A stretch of 64,000 nt of DNA. It comes from a virus. The notes beneath the pieces are model-generated. The model did not search any database and was not told where the DNA came from. It was given only the letters and a program-made list of their open reading frames with translations. The DNA lies in the IMG/VR virus record IMGVR_UViG_3300036985_009306, positions 32,001 through 96,000 of that record. The stretch is one strand, 5' to 3'. The position numbers and the translations under genes are program-made. Below, in pieces: positions 56,964-64,000 of this stretch; position 1 is the first letter of the stretch, and the number at the start of each line of letters is the position of its first letter.

Positions 56964-59900
56964 ATGCTACCTACTCCACCTACTGGGTTATACGTTGTTG
57001 CTTTTAGTAGTCAAGTTCAGATAAATTGGGTTCAAAATCTTGAGACTGATATTCAAGGTTATAATGTCTATAATTCTACTACTTCAGGAGGCGGGCTTAG
57101 TGGGTACATAAAACTTAATAATACTTTAGTAGAAGCAATTTCTAAAGTTCAACAAAATCTTTTGAGCACACAAGAAATTGTTCAACAAACAGGTGATGTA
57201 AAAACTACAACAGTAGTACAAAATTTTGAACAGGTAAATGTCTTTAGTTTTTTACATCAAAATATAACTGAAAATACGACACAGTATTATGTCGTCACAG
57301 CAGTTAATACATCTGGGGAAGAAAGTGTAACTTCAATTGAACTTCAAGCAATTCCTTTGACTATATCTACAGAAGTTGCAACTATTCCTACAAGAACACA
57401 GAATGATATAAGTCTAGATTATATTACAGAACTGCTTGAAAGAAGTCCTCTTTTAGATGTCAAGCCTGGCTCAGTAATTCGTCAATTGCATGTAGATCCA
57501 AACAGTTTGGAAATGTATTGGGCATTTGTTAGAGAAAATTTTGCAATGAAGTCTCAATCATTTTTAAATCTTAGACAATTAGATGATTCAAATGGTGATA
57601 GAATATCTGATCCAGTTTCTAGTTCATCATACAAACAATTATTGAAGTTAGCATTTTTCTTTACTTCTGATGATCAAGTTCAAACTCTTATAGATCAATC
57701 ATTTGATGCATTAGCTTCTAATTATGGAAAAACAAGATTGGGTGCAACATTTTCGACTACAGATGTGACTTATTATACTACAACGATTCCTTCTACAGAC
57801 TTATCTGTAGCTTTGGGAGATCCGGTAAGCACAACACCGACAGAGACACAATCTTCTATAACATTTAATACGCTTTCTAGCGGTATAATGCAAGTTTCTC
57901 AAATCAACAATTATTATAATGCTGTAACTAAAAGATATGAACTTGTAATTCCTGTTCAAGCTGCTATTGCAGGATTAAATGGAAATGTTAATGCAAATAC
58001 AATTATAAATACAAAAACTACAGGATTTTCTGTTATTAATCCTAAATCAGCATTTGGAGGTATTGATGAAGAATCAAATGCAGATTTAGCTGATAGAGTT
58101 CAACTTTCATTTGTAGGGTTAGATGTAGGAACAGTATATGGGTATAAAAGGACATGTACTCAAATATCAGGTGTTAGAGATGTGATTGTAGTTACTGCAG
58201 GTGACTCTCTAATGCAACGAGATTATGACGAAGTTAGGAAGAAACATGTCTATGGTAAGGTGGATATATACATAAGGGGTGGGGAAAATGCACAAACGCA
58301 GGATAACGTAGGGTTTTTATATGATCAATCTAATGACGAACAATTTACTATTTTAGTACCTTTGTCTACTTCACCTTCTCCTAATTATGCAATTATAGAA
58401 ACACAAAACATTAATGTCACAACATCATCTCCGATTTACATGGTTTCTAGAATATTTAAAGATACAGCAGGTCAAGATTATGATATTCTTGGCAACTGGA
58501 CTGTCTATAAAAATTCTATTTCTTTAGATAAAAGTACAGAGGTTGATGTGGATTTGACAACAGGTCAAATTACACTTTTAAACCCATTAACTGCAGGTGA
58601 TTTTGTAACTGCTGATTATCAATACAAAGTTTCAATAAGCTCAGAAGCAATACCGGGTAGTGTAGGACAAACTAATTTTACTTTATTACATTCACCTGTT
58701 GTTAAAAGATCATATACTATATTTAAAAATAGCATTGCATTAGTGGAAAATGTCGATTATACTTTGAACACATTAAATGGACAACTTGTATTAGTTGTGC
58801 CTCTATTGTTAGGAAACATATTAACTGCAACTTATCAATATATAATAACTGTGACAACAGAAGTTGTTATTGCAAGTGCTGTAGGAGGAGAGACATCAGC
58901 AAATCTTGCACATTTTCCAATTGTAGAAAGTATGTTAATAGGTGTTGAGGGTACTACTTTAGAACTGGATCCAAGTAATGCAACAAATCATTCAATAGGT
59001 ATGGATTTTTTGGATGAAATTTTTGTTACTTACAGATATAGAGCAAGCAATCCTATTCTTTTGCAGACTCAACCTGCAGAAAGTATTATTTCTATTGTTG
59101 GAAGCGTAAGTGGTCCTTTGCAAGCAGATGTGAATTATTCACTTAATAAAATAGATGATGTTCTTTTAGAAGGAAATTCTAGTAAGGCAAATAGAACTGT
59201 ACAAATAATGTATGCTAACGGTGTACCAGTAGGAACTTTGACAGTTTCATCTGAGACTGTAGTTTTAGTTAATAGTGAATATAGACAATTAAGTCAATAT
59301 GCAATTGATATTCCATCTATTGTAGTTAGTCTGGGTGCTATAGTCTATTCTATAAATTCTGACTATACATTATTACCAGAATCTAGTGGAAATAAGGTAC
59401 AAATTGCACGTTCTAGAAATTCTACTATACCTAATGGTAGTCAGATTACAGTCGGCTATGATTATGGAGAAATTTTAACTATTACATATAATGCCAATCA
59501 ATTAGTCAATGTAGTTCAAGATACTATAGATGTGACAAGACATGTTACTGCAGATGTTTTAATTAAAGATGTTTTAGAGACATTAGTAGATTTAGAGATT
59601 TCTGTCGTATTAGTTCCTGGAGCAAATTCAATAACCGTAAAAAGCGATGTTGCTACTGCACTTTCAAATCAATTTGATTCATTGAAATTGGGAATAGGAA
59701 TAGCTCAAAGTGACGTCATAAGTGCAGTTGAGGCTGTTACTAATGTAAAGTCTGTTGTGGTACCTTTGACAAAAATGGTAAAAGCAAATGGTACTCAAAT
59801 AAATAGAGAAGTCATTGGTGCATCTTTTGAACCATTATTGGGTTCTATTAGATCATATTCGACTGGACCAGGAGCTCTGTTGAATTCAACTCTAGGACCA

Positions 59901-60167
59901 TCTGTAGAAGATGGTTTTTATGCAATTTTTGAGGATGATAGACCTTTAATTTTAGTATTAAATTCAATTCTTGTCGATTTGGCTGCAGGACAAGGATATA
60001 TAGGTACTAATGGTGAGATCGTCATTTCGACAATAAATGGTGATTCACCAACATTGCATAGATATACAGTTTCATATGTTGTTTATGGGAATACAGGTTC
60101 AGGGGACATAAATATAACTAGTCTTGAATATCTTTCATTAGGCGAACTTTTAATCAGTACAACATAG
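56964..60167 (+). CDS. Baseplate J/gp6-like wedge protein with N-terminal FN3-like domain
   Basis: PTPPTGL...W.QN.ETDI.GYNVY FN3; DVKPGSVIR, V.A..AG..GNV, FGG.DEESNADLADR, GT..GY, GKVDIYIRG J-like motifs. Confidence 0.8.
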   Translation: MLPTPPTGLYVVAFSSQVQINWVQNLETDIQGYNVYNSTTSGGGLSGYIKLNNTLVEAISKVQQNLLSTQEIVQQTGDVKTTTVVQNFEQVNVFSFLHQNITENTTQYYVVTAVNTSGEESVTSIELQAIPLTISTEVATIPTRTQNDISLDYITELLERSPLLDVKPGSVIRQLHVDPNSLEMYWAFVRENFAMKSQSFLNLRQLDDSNGDRISDPVSSSSYKQLLKLAFFFTSDDQVQTLIDQSFDALASNYGKTRLGATFSTTDVTYYTTTIPSTDLSVALGDPVSTTPTETQSSITFNTLSSGIMQVSQINNYYNAVTKRYELVIPVQAAIAGLNGNVNANTIINTKTTGFSVINPKSAFGGIDEESNADLADRVQLSFVGLDVGTVYGYKRTCTQISGVRDVIVVTAGDSLMQRDYDEVRKKHVYGKVDIYIRGGENAQTQDNVGFLYDQSNDEQFTILVPLSTSPSPNYAIIETQNINVTTSSPIYMVSRIFKDTAGQDYDILGNWTVYKNSISLDKSTEVDVDLTTGQITLLNPLTAGDFVTADYQYKVSISSEAIPGSVGQTNFTLLHSPVVKRSYTIFKNSIALVENVDYTLNTLNGQLVLVVPLLLGNILTATYQYIITVTTEVVIASAVGGETSANLAHFPIVESMLIGVEGTTLELDPSNATNHSIGMDFLDEIFVTYRYRASNPILLQTQPAESIISIVGSVSGPLQADVNYSLNKIDDVLLEGNSSKANRTVQIMYANGVPVGTLTVSSETVVLVNSEYRQLSQYAIDIPSIVVSLGAIVYSINSDYTLLPESSGNKVQIARSRNSTIPNGSQITVGYDYGEILTITYNANQLVNVVQDTIDVTRHVTADVLIKDVLETLVDLEISVVLVPGANSITVKSDVATALSNQFDSLKLGIGIAQSDVISAVEAVTNVKSVVVPLTKMVKANGTQINREVIGASFEPLLGSIRSYSTGPGALLNSTLGPSVEDGFYAIFEDDRPLILVLNSILVDLAAGQGYIGTNGEIVISTINGDSPTLHRYTVSYVVYGNTGSGDINITSLEYLSLGELLISTT

Positions 60168-60186
60168 GTAAAAGAAGTCATAAATT

Positions 60187-63100
60187 ATGTCAAATGACCG
60201 CACATCTCCAGTCACCACAAGCAATATACCATTTGGTTGGAATAAAGTTGATTCATTTGAAGTCAAATTGACCGCTGTTGATTATGGTGACACGATTTAT
60301 GATGCTCCTTCAGGAGTTCTTAAGACATATTATACTACTGATGGTTCTGATCCTTCAACTTCTTCTTCAAGTGGACCTGTGGGTGGAGGAGCTCAATTTT
60401 CTGTTGCTGATCAGGGAATTACTACTGTAAAATATTTTTCTATTGACAATAATGGAAATGCAGAACAGATAAGAACAAATCTTTTAAGATTAAATAACAT
60501 AGGACCGGTAACTGTTTATTCTACAGTTCCTTCTTCTCCAGATGGAACAAATGGGTGGTTTAAAACAAATTCAACAATAACGTTATCTGTTTTTCCAACA
60601 AGTTGTGTGACTTATTACAAATGGGATTCAGGTTCTTTTCAAACGTATTCTTCTCCATTTCATATTCCTTCTGTTGAAGGTATTCATTCACTTGAATTTT
60701 ATTCTAAAGATGAATTAGGAAATATAGAGGATATTCAAACTGCTTTTTTTAAGTTTGATGATACTGCACCTGTTTCTCAAGATGATGCACCTTTTGGACT
60801 TCAAACTCAGCCTCTTACAGTAAATCTTTTTTCATCTGATAATGCTTCAGGTGTAGAAAATATTTATTACACTACTGATGGAACAGATCCAACAACTAGT
60901 TCTCAATCAGGAACATCTGTTGTGATTGCTGCATCAGGTAGCCCTGCACCTCTTTATCCCATTTTCTTAAAATACTTTTCTGTAGATTTTGCAGGAAATC
61001 AAGAACCAATTAATACAGCTATAGTTAATCTTTTCTTGAATACAGAGATTCCTCAAATCTATATTTCTGAAAATTTTGCAATTAATGGCAAACATGGTTG
61101 GTATACATCTTCTCCTTTAATTACATTGGCTGCTGTTGGTCCTCAAGGAATTAAAGAAATTCTTTATAAACTTTATCCTGTAAATAACGCTACAACAGCA
61201 AAATATACAAGTACCGTTGATATTTCTTCAACAGTTGATTTGTCACAAAATTATTTGATTAATATAGAAATTGATCAAGTTACTACATTACAAATAAATG
61301 TGAGAGGTGCAATTTCTTCTCAAACGACAATAATTGAAATCATTAATGCAATTAATAATACTTTTGGAAGCGTCATTGCAACTCAAACAGATAAATATGG
61401 TAGTTCTACAGGTGCAGGTTATATAACTTTAACTTCACCTACAGGGGGAACAGGAAGTGCAACATCAGAGATAAATTTTTTACAACCCACAAGTAATGAT
61501 GCAACTTTAGCTGTTTTTGGTCTTGATTCTGCTTATCCTCATACTTTCACAGAAACTGTAGTATTTATTCCATATACTTCTCCTGTTAGCTTGTCTCATG
61601 ATGGAATATGGCAAATAGATTTTTATGCTGTATCAATAAATAACACAATGACAGGCACCATTACTTCTTATGATTCAGGTACCGGTGCATTAGTTGTTGA
61701 AATCACCAGTATGTCAGGTTATGGTACTTATAGTGCATGGTCTATAACTTCAGGAATTAATACTACATTTTCCACAACTTCATTGACAATTAGTAAGGGA
61801 ACTCAAAATCTTACTGTTGGTTTGGGCCTTGCTTTGACTGCAGGTCAAGAAGTTGTTATAAGAAATACAAGCGGAGTAGGCTCAAAACAATATAAATTAG
61901 ATTCAGTTTTACCAGTAACTTATGTAATTAATAGTTTTAGACCTGATGCGAATAATAATTGGTATAAAACAAGTCCTCTAATTGGGTTTAATCCTACAGA
62001 TAGTCTTTCAGGTATTTTTAAGACATTTTTCCAATGGGATAATGGAATAGTTTCTGAGCTACAAAATGGTGCAATGTCAGGAGTTGTTGCGTCTTACAAT
62101 TCTGGTACAGGTGCTTTAAGTGTTGATATTACTAATACAACAGGTTCAGGTACATTTAATTCTTGGTTAGTTTCTGATAATATAACATTTTCTAATACAT
62201 CTTTGACTATCAGTACAGGACTTAAGACTTTAACTGTAGGTCTTAATCTCAATTTACAATCAGATCAACAAATTATTGTTTGTTTTGATAATGATAATTT
62301 AATGACAGGAACTGTTGTTTCTTATAATTCTGGTTCTGGGGTATTAGAAGTAAATGTTACAAGTATAATAGGTTCAGGTACTTACGATATATGGACTGTA
62401 TTATTAGTAGATTGTACTATAACATCATCAATTACTTTATTATCAATTAATACTGGTGTTCAAGATTTGATTGTAGGTACAGGTCTTAGTTTTTCTGTTG
62501 GTCAACAGATTATTATTACGCCTCAATTTACTCAAATTCCAAAAGAAGGAATTCATCTACTAAAAGTTTATTCTGAAGATATGGCAGGTAATGTAGGAGA
62601 AATTCAATCTTTTACTTATAAATTAAGTCAAACAGGTCCAGCAACTACAGATAATACAATTTTTTACCAAGGAATAATATACACAGCAATAGGCACAGGT
62701 TATCAGGACATAATTCAAGAAAATTCAATAGTTTTGGGAACATATCAGATTCAAACGGTAAATCCAAATGTTGTTTCTGTTATTAGTATATATAATGTTA
62801 CTCAAAGTAGATATTATCATCTTGAATCAATAACCGGAATAAATCGAAACATAATTTATCTTATTGATAATGGTTTTCCACTTTCTGTAAGTGATCATTT
62901 GGAAGTTACTTATTTTTATGTCATTTCTCATGATCCTCCTGTTTTAAATACTAATGAATTTTGTCTGACTGTACCTCCATTTCAGCCTTATACTATAGAT
63001 TATGATGCAAATATAAGACTTTATCCTACTGATGAATCTACTAATGAAATTGAAGTAACTTATTATACAATAGATGGTTCAATTCCTACAATAAATTCTT

Positions 63101-64000
63101 TGGTTTATGATCCTACAATAGGAATAAATCTTACAACTTCTGGAACATATGTTATAAAATATTTTTCAATTAATATTGCTGGAAATGTTGAAAGTCCTAA
63201 AACAGCACAGTATAGAGTAATTATAGATAAAGACATTCCAGTATTGGATGTGAATCTTATATCTGATCCCAGTTTAAATGGTTGGTATGGAATTAAAAAT
63301 AGTTCTTCAACAACACCTTTAACAATTTCTGTAGGAACTAAAACTTTATTTATAGATTCTGGACTTACCATACTGCAGGGTCAACAAGTTGTTATTACAT
63401 ATGATACAAATAATGTGATGACAGGTGTTGTTTCTTCTTATGATTCTATTATTGGTCAGTTAGTTGCTAACATAACAAATATAATAGGCATAGGTACAGG
63501 ATTATTTCCTTGGGTTGTTTCAATACAAGCATTTGCCATTGGAGTAGAGACATGGACTTCTGATAGAATTTTTCGTTATAATGAAACAGCAACAGTCATT
63601 GATTCTATAACACTCGAACTTTCAAATTATTTTGTTAAATCTATAGAATTAATTGAAACTTCAGTTACACATCAAGTAGTCCCATTATCTGGAATTACTA
63701 TTATTCCAGGCCCTACAGGTTTTTATAACAGAATTCAAGTAGCTACTACTTTACCTATAATATCTACAACAGCTGGATATTTTGTTATAGGTGGTATTTA
63801 TACAATTGTTTCTATAGGATCTACAAATTTTACATTAATTGGAGCAAGTTCAAATACAGTTGGAGTTACTTTTACGGCAACTGGAGTAGGTTCTGGAACA
63901 GGAACTGTAAAAGAAGCTATTTTAGTTGATTATTCTCATTATATAGGACTTGATAGAGTTGATTTTAATTTAGATTCAGATCTGGTTACTGCAGGTAATT
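60187..64000 (+). CDS. Giant (>1270 aa, 3' partial) structural protein with OmpL47/Fn3-associated-type Ig repeats; absent from the ORF track
   Basis: ATG at 60187; I translated the frame line by line with no stop to base 64000; repeats of YYT.DG.DP...KYFS.D..GN.E. Confidence 0.85.
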   Translation, partial: MSNDRTSPVTTSNIPFGWNKVDSFEVKLTAVDYGDTIYDAPSGVLKTYYTTDGSDPSTSSSSGPVGGGAQFSVADQGITTVKYFSIDNNGNAEQIRTNLLRLNNIGPVTVYSTVPSSPDGTNGWFKTNSTITLSVFPTSCVTYYKWDSGSFQTYSSPFHIPSVEGIHSLEFYSKDELGNIEDIQTAFFKFDDTAPVSQDDAPFGLQTQPLTVNLFSSDNASGVENIYYTTDGTDPTTSSQSGTSVVIAASGSPAPLYPIFLKYFSVDFAGNQEPINTAIVNLFLNTEIPQIYISENFAINGKHGWYTSSPLITLAAVGPQGIKEILYKLYPVNNATTAKYTSTVDISSTVDLSQNYLINIEIDQVTTLQINVRGAISSQTTIIEIINAINNTFGSVIATQTDKYGSSTGAGYITLTSPTGGTGSATSEINFLQPTSNDATLAVFGLDSAYPHTFTETVVFIPYTSPVSLSHDGIWQIDFYAVSINNTMTGTITSYDSGTGALVVEITSMSGYGTYSAWSITSGINTTFSTTSLTISKGTQNLTVGLGLALTAGQEVVIRNTSGVGSKQYKLDSVLPVTYVINSFRPDANNNWYKTSPLIGFNPTDSLSGIFKTFFQWDNGIVSELQNGAMSGVVASYNSGTGALSVDITNTTGSGTFNSWLVSDNITFSNTSLTISTGLKTLTVGLNLNLQSDQQIIVCFDNDNLMTGTVVSYNSGSGVLEVNVTSIIGSGTYDIWTVLLVDCTITSSITLLSINTGVQDLIVGTGLSFSVGQQIIITPQFTQIPKEGIHLLKVYSEDMAGNVGEIQSFTYKLSQTGPATTDNTIFYQGIIYTAIGTGYQDIIQENSIVLGTYQIQTVNPNVVSVISIYNVTQSRYYHLESITGINRNIIYLIDNGFPLSVSDHLEVTYFYVISHDPPVLNTNEFCLTVPPFQPYTIDYDANIRLYPTDESTNEIEVTYYTIDGSIPTINSLVYDPTIGINLTTSGTYVIKYFSINIAGNVESPKTAQYRVIIDKDIPVLDVNLISDPSLNGWYGIKNSSSTTPLTISVGTKTLFIDSGLTILQGQQVVITYDTNNVMTGVVSSYDSIIGQLVANITNIIGIGTGLFPWVVSIQAFAIGVETWTSDRIFRYNETATVIDSITLELSNYFVKSIELIETSVTHQVVPLSGITIIPGPTGFYNRIQVATTLPIISTTAGYFVIGGIYTIVSIGSTNFTLIGASSNTVGVTFTATGVGSGTGTVKEAILVDYSHYIGLDRVDFNLDSDLVTAGN

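Noticed and set aside
19629-60167. Extracellular contractile injection system or tailocin rather than phage
   Set aside because: A neck/head-completion-type gene, a long tape measure, many phage-like orphan genes and the absence of host housekeeping genes or an eCIS AAA ATPase in the window favour a large phage. The capsid genes are outside the window, so this is not formally excluded.
261-63371. All minus-strand ORFs in the track (e.g. 24730-25203, 30997-31614, 21095-21466)
   Set aside because: They lie antisense to long, motif-bearing + strand genes and show the Phe/Leu/Ser/Ile-rich composition of shadow ORFs, with no SD sites or family motifs.
1-64000. Stop-codon reassignment (code 15 or 4), as in some huge phages
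   Set aside because: Multi-kilobase ORFs are intact under the standard code, and TAG and TGA both end genes at tight junctions (657, 5210, 54309, 60167; 3150, 17266).
1-64000. tRNA, rRNA, CRISPR arrays, transposases, homing endonucleases
   Set aside because: None recognised. Intergenic spaces are short and lack cloverleaf or T-loop signatures, and no ORF has the relevant motifs.

Overview
AT-rich segment of a very large (jumbo/huge) contractile-tailed phage genome. All credible genes are on the + strand, use the standard code and mostly have AGGAG/GGAG Shine-Dalgarno sites. Gene order: neck/head-completion gene and an Ig-domain protein; a ~13 kb glycosylation and sugar-tailoring island (GT4, methyltransferase/GT-D, DegT-like, ATP-grasp/HAD, radical SAM-SPASM, GT11, SGNH, DUF268, a 1290-aa multi-GT/TPR protein); an actin-fold ATPase; putative tail terminator; long fibre; sheath, tube, two chaperone paralogs and tape measure; an array of paralogous genes sharing N-terminal leader peptides; tube initiators, hub, spike, giant baseplate/fibre proteins, gp25-like and J-like wedge proteins; and a >1270-aa ORF (60187 to the window end) missing from the supplied ORF track. 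The most unusual signals are (i) three intergenic copies of a covarying H-type pseudoknot motif, (ii) the MHKYSxNCxxCK / MNILNFVLRE leader array, (iii) virion-module-embedded glycosylation machinery, (iv) two short modules inserted in-frame, sometimes circularly permuted, into several structural proteins, and (v) a phage actin. All family calls come from motif recognition by eye, not from database searches.
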